Shown here: one piece after another, positions 50,113-59,002 of the stretch
Layout of the letters: every line of letters starts with the position of its first letter
Numbering within the stretch: the stretch's first letter is position 1
IMG/VR virus record: IMGVR_UViG_3300033069_000976
Span: 29,013-93,012 of that record
Reading direction: 5' to 3' (one strand)
Length of the DNA: 64,000 bases
From: a virus
Lineage: Duplodnaviria; Heunggongvirae; Uroviricota; Caudoviricetes; Crassvirales
Program-made: the position numbers and the translations under genes
Notes under the pieces: model-generated
Told to the model about the DNA's origin: nothing
Database searches by the model: none
Seen by the model: the letters and a program-made list of their open reading frames with translations, nothing else

Positions 50113-50808
50113 ATGAAGCAAAGTTATACCCAGATAGAGGGTAAATTCTATCAAGAATGTGATATTATTATGCTATCTACTAATACAGATAGTGTTGTAA
50201 AAAAACAAATATCAACAGGTATATTAGATTATAGTCCTGCTATGATGAAAATGAAAGAAAAAGATTGGGAAAATCAGCATCTCTACTTTATCTCTGATGA
50301 AGAGATTAAAAAAGGTGATAAAGTATATCATTTACCATCTAAAGAAATAGGTGAAGTATTAGAAGTAAAAGATAAAACATTATTTATACAATATCCTTCT
50401 GAACAAGTAATCTGTGTAAAATATAACTGTAAAAAGATAATAGCTACTACAGATAAACTACTAACTTGTAATGGTGTTAAAAGAGAAGGAGAAAGCTGTA
50501 CTTACAATAATAATTGTAAATTTCCTAAATGTCAATTACCAAGACCTTCTAATGAGTTTCTCAAGAAATTCTGTGAACTGGGTGGTATTAATAAAGTGTT
50601 AATTGAATACACAAAATATCAAGAGTATAATATGCCTTATAAAATGTCTTTAAAAATAGCTCCAGATAATACCATCACTTGTAAGCCTATAAGTAAATCT
50701 CATTCAGAATTATGGGATGATGCTTTTAGAGTGCTTTGGAACAGAGATGTTTCTGAAGGTACAAAAGAAGCCATGATTCGTGAAAAGTATAAAATTTCTT
50801 TGAAATAA
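50113..50808 (+). CDS. Hypothetical protein (231 aa)
   Basis: ORF. Confidence 0.5.
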   Translation: MKQSYTQIEGKFYQECDIIMLSTNTDSVVKKQISTGILDYSPAMMKMKEKDWENQHLYFISDEEIKKGDKVYHLPSKEIGEVLEVKDKTLFIQYPSEQVICVKYNCKKIIATTDKLLTCNGVKREGESCTYNNNCKFPKCQLPRPSNEFLKKFCELGGINKVLIEYTKYQEYNMPYKMSLKIAPDNTITCKPISKSHSELWDDAFRVLWNRDVSEGTKEAMIREKYKISLK

Positions 50809-50981
50809 ACTTCTTAAAGACTATTAGTAAAAAGCTCCTATCATGGAATTAATTACTCTTCAGAAAATATAAGTAGGATTATATAGAATTCGTTGATGCG
50901 TGTCGCACAAACTCATGTTTCATATATAATTCACTAATAGTCTTTATTTTCTTTCTTAATCAATTAAAACTAAATTATAAT

Positions 50982-51314
50982 ATGAAATATTTATTCCATT
51001 TACTTGGATTTTTAGTAGCAATTTTTATTTGCCAATGGTCATTTAACCACATTCATGCGTGGGTTGGAGTTGGCTTAATGGTAGTCACTGCATTAATTTT
51101 TATCAATTACTTAATCAATCAAATCAAAAAAACAATGAAAAAAACAAACATGATTTTGATAGTTGCGATACTATCGTTAGTTGCCATATCTTGTGGAACA
51201 AGAGTTGAACCAAATTATCAGGGTGTATTGATGGAAAACTATGGTAAGAATGGTAAAATTGATTTTTTACAAAAATATCGTAACTATGCCGTAGTTACGG
51301 TAAGAAAATTTTAG
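50982..51314 (+). CDS. Small membrane protein/lipoprotein (110 aa; possibly two fused small genes)
   Basis: Two hydrophobic segments; the second resembles a lipoprotein signal (MKKTNMILIVAILSLVAISCG). Confidence 0.4.
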   Translation: MKYLFHLLGFLVAIFICQWSFNHIHAWVGVGLMVVTALIFINYLINQIKKTMKKTNMILIVAILSLVAISCGTRVEPNYQGVLMENYGKNGKIDFLQKYRNYAVVTVRKF

Positions 51315-51367
51315 TGTATGGTGGACTCTCATCCTGTCAAAGGGGTGGGAGTCACTTTACTTAACCG

Positions 51368-51438
51368 GGCTAATTAATCAAGTGGTAAGATAACAGTCTG
51401 CAAAACTGTGTTCACTGGTTCAATCCCAGTATTAGCCT
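51368..51438 (+). tRNA. tRNA-Cys (anticodon GCA)
   Basis: Acceptor GGCTAAT/ATTAGCC with discriminator U73. U8, A14, GG18-19, anticodon loop CU-GCA-AA. T-arm ACTGG-TTCAATC-CCAGT. No encoded CCA. Confidence 0.7.
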
Positions 51439-51454
51439 CTAAAAATATAAAATT

Positions 51455-51769
51455 ATGCAACAGAAAATTGATAAATTACTTAAGATTTTAAGAGAAAGAT
51501 ACATAGAAGAAGAAAAAGTTAATTGTTTAGAAGGAGGGTTTGCAAGTTTTGATAAAGGAAGAGATCGTAGTGATCCTCATTTTAAAATGTGTATTCCTAG
51601 TAACAATGAGAATGGAAGTCTTTTTCAATATGATGAGAAAGAAGATACTCTTTGTGTATGGGGAAGAGGAATAGGACTTGTTTATAAACAAGGGTATTGG
51701 GCTGCTAAAACAGGAGAATCTGGTCCACAGTATATACCAATAGAAATTTTATCACCTGAAATTTATTAA
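51455..51769 (+). CDS. Small protein (104 aa), -EIY family member (…SPEIY)
   Basis: ORF starting 16 nt after the tRNA. Confidence 0.5.
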   Translation: MQQKIDKLLKILRERYIEEEKVNCLEGGFASFDKGRDRSDPHFKMCIPSNNENGSLFQYDEKEDTLCVWGRGIGLVYKQGYWAAKTGESGPQYIPIEILSPEIY

Positions 51770-51786
51770 AACAAAAACAAACTATT

Positions 51787-52050
51787 ATGTTAAAAAAATT
51801 TGATGATGAAACATATCAGTTTTCAACTGGTAGATTCATAACACCCAATTGTGATGTTATTGGTATTGATGAAAATGGTGATTTACATGAAGGGTATGAT
51901 AATATGATGGAACCTAAATTAGAAGATGAAGATGGTACAATAGAGGTTGATCATGATAATACGGATTTTACACCTATTGAAAAACATGAACTTGCTCAAT
52001 ATATGATAAGTTTATGGAGTAAATTATTATTACAAGAACCTCAATATTAA
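51787..52050 (+). CDS. Small acidic protein (87 aa)
   Basis: ORF. Confidence 0.45.
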   Translation: MLKKFDDETYQFSTGRFITPNCDVIGIDENGDLHEGYDNMMEPKLEDEDGTIEVDHDNTDFTPIEKHELAQYMISLWSKLLLQEPQY

Positions 52051-52055
52051 ATACT

Positions 52056-52283
52056 ATGGCAATACTAACTAAAATAGAAGCTCACCGATATGGTGAAAAT
52101 CATCCTAATGGTATTAATATAGGATATAAAAGAGAGTCGAAAATATATGATCCTGAGCCTATTATAGGTGAAAGTTATTTTATTGGCTCATTTGGTTCAT
52201 CTCCTGTAACTGAAATAATATCTAAAGATGATAAGGGATTTGTATTTAAAACAAAAAATTCAACTTATAAAATAGAGTTATGA
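52056..52283 (+). CDS. Small protein (75 aa)
   Basis: ORF. Confidence 0.45.
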   Translation: MAILTKIEAHRYGENHPNGINIGYKRESKIYDPEPIIGESYFIGSFGSSPVTEIISKDDKGFVFKTKNSTYKIEL

Positions 52284-52549
52284 TAACACAATTAACCCCA
52301 GATATAAATGGTAAGAGTATAAACTGTATTATAGGAGGTGAACCTATAAATAACGCAGTGATTGTATATGAGGATTTAAGATATTATATCTTACAAGATG
52401 TTCATAGTGGTTCTTTCCCCCCTACTATAAAAGCAAGTAAATTTGGTAAAAAACTATCTTGGTGTGTAGGAAGAGGTAATAAAGGGGATTTATTCAGAAA
52501 TCAAACAAGTAACATTCAAATTATAAATCAAGAATATGAGCTATATTAA
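52280..52549 (+). CDS. Small protein (89 aa), -E(L/I)Y family (…QEYELY); paralog of 52536..52799
   Basis: Shared DGK.I.C.I…A.IV.E…YYI.Q…SW.V…NIQ..N..YE.Y. Confidence 0.5.
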   Translation: MITQLTPDINGKSINCIIGGEPINNAVIVYEDLRYYILQDVHSGSFPPTIKASKFGKKLSWCVGRGNKGDLFRNQTSNIQIINQEYELY

Positions 52550-52799
52550 AAGTTTAACAACAGAAATGGATGGCAAACACATAACTTGTAAAATAGAAAA
52601 TACAGTAATAAGTGATGCCAGGATAGTATTTGAAGAAGATAATTACTATATAGTACAAAACCTTAAAAATGGTTCTGATTGTAATGAGAAACTTGGATAC
52701 AAATACAGTTGGGTTGTTAGTGATGGGACTCCATATGCTATAGAAACCAATAGTGTAACTAATATTCAATTGTTAAATTCTGATTACGAAATTTATTAA
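52536..52799 (+). CDS. Small protein (87 aa), -EIY family (…SDYEIY)
   Basis: Paralog of the preceding gene; overlaps it by 14 nt. Confidence 0.5.
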   Translation: MSYIKSLTTEMDGKHITCKIENTVISDARIVFEEDNYYIVQNLKNGSDCNEKLGYKYSWVVSDGTPYAIETNSVTNIQLLNSDYEIY

Positions 52800-53082
52800 T
52801 TATGATAACAGATCTTATTTACTGTCCTGAATGTGATGTTTGGGAAGTAGAGTCACATATACATAAACCAATTTTAATTAACTAAAAACTAGGAAGCTAT
52901 GTCATTAAGAACATCAGGTGGAGTTTTTTCAAGAAGAAAAACAGCTCTACATTATCTGCAAAACCAGTTAAAAACAGGTCAAAAACCTTCTAAAGAAGGT
53001 CCAGTTCCTTTAACTGATAAAGATACAGAAAGGATTAAAAAAGAAATAACAACTTTACAATCACGAATCTAAAACATTTACC

Positions 53083-53289
53083 ATGCCAAAAAATCGTTTG
53101 ATAATCAGCTTTTGGGATACTACTCCCTCAAAACACAAAATTTACAATGAATCCATGAGATGTACATCTGAAGCAGGGGCTGATAAAATCATAGCCCGTA
53201 GACCAGATAAAAGTATGTCTCATGCCAGATATTTCGATAACACTGGACAGGAGATTGTATATAATTTTAATCACTTAGATCCTCAATAA
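53083..53289 (+). CDS. Small protein (68 aa)
   Basis: ORF followed by a hairpin plus T-run at about 53326..53355. Confidence 0.4.
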   Translation: MPKNRLIISFWDTTPSKHKIYNESMRCTSEAGADKIIARRPDKSMSHARYFDNTGQEIVYNFNHLDPQ

Positions 53290-53325
53290 ACAAATATATA
53301 TAAAATAATATAGGTTCAGGTGGTA

Positions 53326-53355
53326 GGGGAGGGAAGAAATTCTCTCTCCTTTTTA
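53326..53355 (+). terminator. Rho-independent terminator
   Basis: GGAGGGAAG…TTCTCTCTCC followed by TTTTT. Confidence 0.5.
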
Positions 53356-53744
53356 AAATATAAATTATGAGAAACTTACAACTTTGGTACATCAGACATT
53401 TTAAAATTATTAACATCAAGAAAGCTAATCAATTACATTTAAAACATTTTCGTAATATATATGGAAATGGTATAAATCATTTGAATTGCAGATCTTTATG
53501 GGTAGATAAACAAAATAGAGTGTACAGAGTTCAACAATTATTAATAACTAAATCTATTTGATATGGAACATTTTTTCAAAATAGTAGATAAAAGAGATGG
53601 GGAAAGTATTTATGATTCAAGAACTCCTTATCATACTGAAGCAATAGCTCTTGAACAAGGGGAAGAATTGCGTAGAGAATTAAGAGTATCTTCTGTAAAT
53701 TATAAAGTAATAGCTGAACCTGCTATGCAGGAAGCTTAAAATAA

Positions 53745-54045
53745 ATGGTAATCGCAGACACTTCTAGAGAGGTGATTAGAAGAAAGGGGTTCGACTCCCC
53801 TGTCCTCCACAATAGCTATGGCTAGTATTGCCAAGTCCTATATCCTTGAGTAAGATATAGGCAAATTAATTGGGGGACATTTGGCACTTGATTCTAATAT
53901 TACGACTAGGAGAGATTATCAGTAAACCTAAAAGGCAGAGTAATCTCCTTCAAAAGGTCAGCTATGAGAATAGCTGCCTAATTTGCGAAGTAATTCCTAC
54001 GAAACTGGGATTAAACCCCTCATCATTTGGTGAGGGGATTTTTAT
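53745..54045 (+). ncRNA. Candidate structured non-coding RNA (about 300 nt) beginning with the tRNA-like element and ending at a strong intrinsic terminator (54014..54045)
   Basis: ORF-free and GC-richer than coding. Several stem-loops (CCTATATC…GATATAGG; GGAGAGATTA…TAATCTCC). Terminator CCCCTCA…TGAGGGG followed by TTTTT. Confidence 0.35.
53785..53809 (+). other. tRNA 3'-fragment-like element: T-arm AGGGG-TTCGACT-CCCCT, acceptor 3' strand GTCCTCC and discriminator A. No matching 5' half is present.
   Basis: Canonical G53, TTCGA, C61 and an acceptor-like 7-mer. No GGRGGRY partner within 80 nt upstream. Confidence 0.4.
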
Positions 54046-54071
54046 CATTTCACCAATAAATTAACATAAAA

Positions 54072-54398
54072 ATGAAAACAATGTTTTTCAACTTTACAGA
54101 AGGTAAAGAAGTAAATCCTTTAGAAGGGATTAAGAAGTTCTTTATTAACCCTATTAATCCCAAATTATATCTCAAACTAAAAATTGAGAAAATTTGTGAG
54201 AGTATTAAACCTCATTACGGTTTTGATAGGGGATTACCTGTATTTATATATCCTTTAGCAGCATTAGGTTTGGAAACATGTACTGTTTCTTTTGCCACAC
54301 CTACTAATGGAATGATAATTACTAAAAGAGGTGCTATCTTGTTTCATATACAAGGTGAATTTTTGGTTGTAGATTCGGTTTTGGATAAGGTTTGTTAG
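54072..54398 (+). CDS. Hypothetical protein (108 aa)
   Basis: ORF followed by a terminator at 54409..54448. Confidence 0.45.
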   Translation: MKTMFFNFTEGKEVNPLEGIKKFFINPINPKLYLKLKIEKICESIKPHYGFDRGLPVFIYPLAALGLETCTVSFATPTNGMIITKRGAILFHIQGEFLVVDSVLDKVC

Positions 54399-54408
54399 TT
54401 TTCAGTGT

Positions 54409-54448
54409 ACCCTCTCCTTCTTTTAATTAGGAAGGGGAGGGTTTTTAA
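54409..54448 (+). terminator. Rho-independent terminator
   Basis: ACCCTCTCCTTC…GAAGGGGAGGGT followed by TTTTT. Confidence 0.6.
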
Positions 54449-54459
54449 ATTTTAAAATT

Positions 54460-54744
54460 ATGCAAATAAATGATATAGTTGTATGTTTACCTGGGTTTAA
54501 TAACTCAGATACAGATAAAGGAAAGCTTTTAAAAGGAGGTACAGGTTATAAAGAAGGTCTTATTGTTAAAATAAGAACAGTTGAGGAAATAATAATAAAC
54601 GAAACTTCTCCTATTATTTGGACAGATTGTGGAAGAGGTATATGGGGACAAGCTGTAAGACCTGCTACAGCTTATGAGATACAAGGTTTTAAAAAAGGTA
54701 TTACATACATAAAAAATATAAAATATGAGCCAGAATATTATTAA
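54460..54744 (+). CDS. -EIY family small protein (94 aa; …YEPEYY)
   Basis: ORF; first gene of the tandem array. Confidence 0.5.
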   Translation: MQINDIVVCLPGFNNSDTDKGKLLKGGTGYKEGLIVKIRTVEEIIINETSPIIWTDCGRGIWGQAVRPATAYEIQGFKKGITYIKNIKYEPEYY

Positions 54745-54973
54745 TATACCAATAGATACATTTTTACCTTATAGATGTGTTACCTGGGATATTAGAACAG
54801 ATAATGCTTACAGGCATTGGCGTAAAGAAAAATATAAGATATATGGTGAAGCAACATATGGTGATGAAGAGTATTACTGTATAGAAGAACCAGATTATCC
54901 TGGTGAGAATTATTACATGGTAAGAAAACAAGATTTGTTACCTTTTAGAGAGTATGCATATGAAATATACTGA
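54725..54973 (+). CDS. -EIY family small protein (82 aa; …YAYEIY)
   Basis: ORF; its stop is embedded in the junction module. Confidence 0.5.
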   Translation: MSQNIINIPIDTFLPYRCVTWDIRTDNAYRHWRKEKYKIYGEATYGDEEYYCIEEPDYPGENYYMVRKQDLLPFREYAYEIY

Positions 54974-55196
54974 TTTAATTCCTGGAAAGTATTATTATAC
55001 TGATTGGGTAGATGGTGAAGGTTATAAATATATATTACAATATACTCCAAATAAGTCTGATAATATAGATTTAACACATAACAAATTTTATAAGGCAAGT
55101 GGTTGTTTTGAAAGAACTGATGTAGTATTTAGAATTGCTACACCTTTTGAAATACAATGGTTACAAATGTGCCAGAAAAAAAAACAAATATATTGA
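54954..55196 (+). CDS. Small protein (80 aa; MHMKYTDLIPGKYYYTDW…QIY), tandem paralog of 55213..55471
   Basis: Start inside the upstream …YAYEIY-stop; shared N-terminal YTDLIP..YYYT motif. Confidence 0.5.
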   Translation: MHMKYTDLIPGKYYYTDWVDGEGYKYILQYTPNKSDNIDLTHNKFYKASGCFERTDVVFRIATPFEIQWLQMCQKKKQIY

Positions 55197-55212
55197 ATTT
55201 AAAGAGCCTATT

Positions 55213-55471
55213 TATGAACTATACTGATTTAATACCAGACCAATATTATTATACAGAGCATTGGACACATTACCCTTATATATTTAAAGCTGATAATTTA
55301 GAACATTGTATGCATTTAGGTGTTAGAGATAAATTATTAGGCTCTTCTGCAAATTTTTCAAAAGTCACTAAATACAGACTTGCTACTTATCAGGAGATAG
55401 TTTGGTTTGAATTGTGTAAGAAAGCAGGTAAATATATTGAGAAACCCATTTTTGAAGAAGAAATTTATTAA
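55213..55471 (+). CDS. -EIY family small protein (86 aa from MNYTDLIP; …FEEEIY)
   Basis: Internal ATG chosen by the paralogous N-terminus; the track ORF starts at 55157. Confidence 0.45.
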
Positions 55472-55473
55472 TT

Positions 55474-55659
55474 ATGTATTATATAAAATGTAATTATGCT
55501 TGGAATAATCGAGCAATAATAGGGAAAATATATGAAGTTGAGGATTTAAATACGAATAGTGGGTTTTCTTGTTATACATGGGCTAAGCTTTTAGAAAAAC
55601 AATATCCTGTAAATAAAAATGCTTTTGAAATAGTATTATTAGAAGAAGAAATATATTAA
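55474..55659 (+). CDS. -EIY family small protein (61 aa; …LEEEIY)
   Basis: ORF. Confidence 0.45.
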   Translation: MYYIKCNYAWNNRAIIGKIYEVEDLNTNSGFSCYTWAKLLEKQYPVNKNAFEIVLLEEEIY

Positions 55660-55783
55660 CTTATGGGAGAGAGACAGAATATAAAGAAGCTAATCTATGC
55701 GGAACAAGCTAAATTTCCTGCTGATAAAGAGAAAATAGCAGAATTAAACAGGTTATTAAGAAAACATCCACCTCTTATAGAGG

Positions 55784-56056
55784 ATGAAAAAAGGTATAAC
55801 TTTACAAACAGATTATATGAAAGAAAATCAATTTAAAATAGGTGATACTATAACTATACATAAAGAACCAAGTATGTGGTCTTCTGAATTATCCGATAAA
55901 AATCCAAAAAAAGGTATAATATATCCTTGGAAAGGCATCATAGAAGGATTAAAAACAACTGAAATAGGACTAAATGGGTTAATCAGTGGTTATGGTTTTT
56001 CTATGGATCATATAAAAGATTACACAATAAATTCAAATACATATGAAATCTACTAA
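55784..56056 (+). CDS. -EIY family small protein (up to 90 aa; …NTYEIY). The true start may be internal (MKENQF…).
   Basis: ORF. Confidence 0.45.
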   Translation: MKKGITLQTDYMKENQFKIGDTITIHKEPSMWSSELSDKNPKKGIIYPWKGIIEGLKTTEIGLNGLISGYGFSMDHIKDYTINSNTYEIY

Positions 56057-56219
56057 ATTTCACTATCTTTGTTCAGAAGAAGTAAGATTGGATAAAGATG
56101 TAAGGCTATTAATATTAAACCCTATAATGGGAAGAAACTATGTAGTCCCATATTATAGTAATAGTCCACCTAAATCAGGTAAGATTCTATATGGTTTTAA
56201 AACAAAAAGACTAAAATGA
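56043..56219 (+). CDS. Small protein (58 aa; MKSTKFHY…), start embedded in the upstream YEIY-stop
   Basis: ATG inside tATGaaatctactaa; ATGA overlap with the next gene. Confidence 0.35.
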   Translation: MKSTKFHYLCSEEVRLDKDVRLLILNPIMGRNYVVPYYSNSPPKSGKILYGFKTKRLK

Positions 56220-56404
56220 AATATTATAAAGTATTAAAAAGCTGGGATTACTATTCGGAAGATTCTGAAGAAATTCTTTTCAGCTATATAAAAGGAAGTT
56301 ATATAACAGAAGATACTTTTCCCGAAAGGAATTTTGGTAGTTATGGAAGTTTTGAGGATTACTATGAAGAAGTTAAAGAAATTCCTTACGAAGAAATATA
56401 TTAA
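56216..56404 (+). CDS. -EIY family small acidic protein (62 aa; …PYEEIY)
   Basis: ORF. Confidence 0.45.
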   Translation: MKYYKVLKSWDYYSEDSEEILFSYIKGSYITEDTFPERNFGSYGSFEDYYEEVKEIPYEEIY

Positions 56405-56419
56405 ACAAACAAACCATAT

Positions 56420-56671
56420 ATGAAAAAAGAAAATGAAATCCCAATTGGTACAAGAGTAATGTTAAACCCTACATCTAGATGGGTAAATAGTGGATCATTA
56501 AAACCAACCAGTAAAAATCCTTTAAATATAAAAGGGACTATAGATGGTTATAATAATAATGATGATACATATGAAGTTGAGTGGGATAATTGGGGACTGA
56601 ATTCTAATTACAAAATAGGAGAAGACCTAATTATATTAGGTGAAAATTTAAATCAAGAATTTTATTATTAA
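56420..56671 (+). CDS. -EIY-like small protein (83 aa; …NQEFYY)
   Basis: ORF. Confidence 0.45.
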   Translation: MKKENEIPIGTRVMLNPTSRWVNSGSLKPTSKNPLNIKGTIDGYNNNDDTYEVEWDNWGLNSNYKIGEDLIILGENLNQEFYY

Positions 56672-56689
56672 TAATTAAAAACAAACAAA

Positions 56690-57160
56690 ATGGCAACAAA
56701 AGCAAAAAACATGGAAGTAGCAACTGCAACACAATTTACATTGGAAGAAGTTCCAAATTTACTTCAGCAGGTAAATGATCAAATTAAAAAACTTAAAGGA
56801 GATAAAGAGAGGGCTGCTAAGATAACCACCCCTTTGGGAGCATTCGGGATAATTTCCGATATTAAGGATCCTGCTCGTTTAATGGATGCTTATGCATTCA
56901 TAACAAGGAAAGCGGCTGCTTATGCAGAATTTACCCCTGTATTTCAGGAAGTAGATAGCTTAACTCCTATTAAAGCTTTTACTGAAGGTGGTCATTCTTT
57001 AAAGCAATGGCAGGATGAAATCATGGCTCAGTACAGGGAAACTACTTTTGAATCTAAACTGGCTAAGTTGACCGAAGCTAAGAGGATTTTGGAAGAGAAC
57101 CTAAGCAGGGAGCAAAAGTTTGTTGCTTCTATGCAAAACATTAAAGATTTGTTTGCATAA
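56690..57160 (+). CDS. Hypothetical protein (156 aa), compositionally distinct, terminator-flanked insert within the array
   Basis: ORF plus a downstream hairpin/T-run at about 57177..57214. Confidence 0.5.
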   Translation: MATKAKNMEVATATQFTLEEVPNLLQQVNDQIKKLKGDKERAAKITTPLGAFGIISDIKDPARLMDAYAFITRKAAAYAEFTPVFQEVDSLTPIKAFTEGGHSLKQWQDEIMAQYRETTFESKLAKLTEAKRILEENLSREQKFVASMQNIKDLFA

Positions 57161-57176
57161 TCTTCCATTTTTAATA

Positions 57177-57214
57177 ATAGCCCTCACTTAATTGTGGGGG
57201 CTATTATTTTAAAT
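57177..57214 (+). terminator. Rho-independent terminator
   Basis: ATAGCCCTCAC…GTGGGGGCTAT followed by TATTTTAAATTTTTT. Confidence 0.55.
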
Positions 57215-57239
57215 TTTTTATCATTGAATTTGAATAATT

Positions 57240-57494
57240 ATGAAATATACTAAAGAGTATTATGGAAAAAATAAAATAGTTTTACAGATTGGTCTTGATG
57301 AGGAATTAAGACAATTGGCTTGTGAGTTATTAGGTATAAAATCTTTATCAAATTTATATGCTGGCATGTGTATTAATCTAGGGATTGGGCTACACTGTAA
57401 TGAGGAATGGTATAGGGAGCATGATTATATTATTATATCAAAAGAAGAATTTTATCAACATCAAAATATAAATAAAGCATATGAAATATATTAA
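57240..57494 (+). CDS. -EIY family small protein (84 aa; MKYTKEYY…KAYEIY)
   Basis: ORF; the junction module with the next gene lies at 57478..57494. Confidence 0.5.
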   Translation: MKYTKEYYGKNKIVLQIGLDEELRQLACELLGIKSLSNLYAGMCINLGIGLHCNEEWYREHDYIIISKEEFYQHQNINKAYEIY

Positions 57495-57753
57495 AGGTAC
57501 TTATTACCATATTATTTATAAGTATGTAGATCCATTTTTAGCTTTTTGTCTAGAGGATAATGACAAAAAGATATGGGCAAAAATTGTAAATTTTGACGGA
57601 TCTACTGGTCCAATTCAGGAATTGATTTCTTTTGTAGAAGCTAAATTGGCAACTCCTAAAGAAATAGCTTATTTTGAACATATACAAGCAGGGAATGAAA
57701 CATCTTTTGAGGGGTTTAATTATAAAAATGATGAATATGAAATACTGTATTAA
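57481..57753 (+). CDS. -EIY family small protein (90 aa; MKYIKGTYY…DEYEILY)
   Basis: ORF. Confidence 0.5.
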   Translation: MKYIKGTYYHIIYKYVDPFLAFCLEDNDKKIWAKIVNFDGSTGPIQELISFVEAKLATPKEIAYFEHIQAGNETSFEGFNYKNDEYEILY

Positions 57754-57982
57754 AAGAGTAGGAAATATTTCAGAAATGAATGAATTTTTTACAAAATTAA
57801 ATGATAGAAAGTACTTTTCTATTAATTCTTCTTTTGAAGATGAGTATTATTATTATCATTATCCTTTATGTAATAACAAATGTATATTCCTAGGAAAACA
57901 AAAAGGTTATAAAGAAATATCCTTTGAAGATTTTAAAAGAGTTTATAATCAAAAAGAAATCATAGAATATGAAATATATTAA
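57737..57982 (+). CDS. -EIY family small protein (81 aa from MKYCIKRV; …IEYEIY)
   Basis: Internal ATG embedded in the upstream YEILY-stop; the track ORF starts at 57674. Confidence 0.45.
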   Translation: MKYCIKRVGNISEMNEFFTKLNDRKYFSINSSFEDEYYYYHYPLCNNKCIFLGKQKGYKEISFEDFKRVYNQKEIIEYEIY

Positions 57983-58274
57983 AGGAGATTATATAGTCTT
58001 ATTAACTACTTGTGTTGGAGTAGAAGATATTTGGCGAAGTATACCAATAGGGTATGTTTACAAACTTACTAGAAACTTTGATTGGTTTGCTTTATGTATA
58101 GAAAAGAATATGAATGGAAATTTTGATGGTTGGTCTATAAGTAATTCAAAAGAGAATAAAATATCACATGGTAAAATGACAGTTAGGGCTGCTGCACTAT
58201 ATGAAATTGAGGACTATATAAGAGCTGGTAGACCAGTAAAAGCGAATCAAATAAGGGCATACGAAATTTATTAA
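57969..58274 (+). CDS. -EIY family small protein (101 aa; MKYIKGDY…RAYEIY)
   Basis: ORF. Confidence 0.5.
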   Translation: MKYIKGDYIVLLTTCVGVEDIWRSIPIGYVYKLTRNFDWFALCIEKNMNGNFDGWSISNSKENKISHGKMTVRAAALYEIEDYIRAGRPVKANQIRAYEIY

Positions 58275-58293
58275 ATAATTAAAACTTAATATC

Positions 58294-58542
58294 ATGAAAT
58301 ATCAACTTGTTTATCAATCTTCTAACTACAAAGATTTTCCTAAACCAAAAGTAGGCGAACCTGGGTTTTTTAGAAAACTTGCTAATAATCGTAATAATTG
58401 TGAATTACAAGATGCTAAAAAACGTATTAGAAAGAATTTACATGGTGGGTATAATTATACACCATCCAGAGCTTATTTTAACTTTATTCAAAAACATACT
58501 GTAAAAACCTTTTCTGGTATTTTATGGAATAAAAATATTTAA
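58294..58542 (+). CDS. Small basic protein (82 aa; MKYQLVYQ…)
   Basis: ORF. Confidence 0.45.
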   Translation: MKYQLVYQSSNYKDFPKPKVGEPGFFRKLANNRNNCELQDAKKRIRKNLHGGYNYTPSRAYFNFIQKHTVKTFSGILWNKNI

Positions 58543-58690
58543 CCATGTTAGTTTTAATTATATTAATAGCTATTATAGTTGCTACCATTATTGTATTTGA
58601 ACCAAATATAGACATTACTACTGAAAAAGAAGTACTCTTATGGTTCAATAATAGTGGTTATAAAAGGAAATTTATAAAATTGTTTAATTT

Positions 58691-59002
58691 ATGACAAAGA
58701 AAGAAATCTTAACAAAACTAATTAGAAAATATAACTTAGTTTTACGTGAAATAAAACCTGTTAAAGACTATAGAGAGATACTTAGAATTGTTGATAATCA
58801 TAATTGTGGAATGGGAATATGTACTGTGACTGATGCCAATTTTAATGTAAGCATATATAATAAAGCATGGGTAAATAGAGAAAAAACAGATAATTTCTAT
58901 TGGCATACTTATCCCAATGAGGTAACTAGTAAAGCTGAAATTATTGATTGCTTACAATTTAGAGTTGATAAAATGAAAAAAATACTAAAAACCTGTAAAT
59001 GA
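58691..59002 (+). CDS. Hypothetical protein (103 aa); paralog of 48017..48394
   Basis: Shared C-terminal motif LQFRVDKMKKIL. Confidence 0.45.
   Translation: MTKKEILTKLIRKYNLVLREIKPVKDYREILRIVDNHNCGMGICTVTDANFNVSIYNKAWVNREKTDNFYWHTYPNEVTSKAEIIDCLQFRVDKMKKILKTCK

Noticed and set aside
53745-53815. A complete second tRNA gene
   Set aside because: Only the T-arm and the 3' acceptor half are canonical. No 5' acceptor strand (GGRGGRY) or D-arm exists upstream. The putative anticodon arm would need a 12-nt loop.
53870-54064. 64-aa ORF (MGDIWHLILILRLGEI…)
   Set aside because: It lies within a GC-enriched, hairpin-rich, terminator-ended segment that looks like structured RNA. It has no plausible start context.
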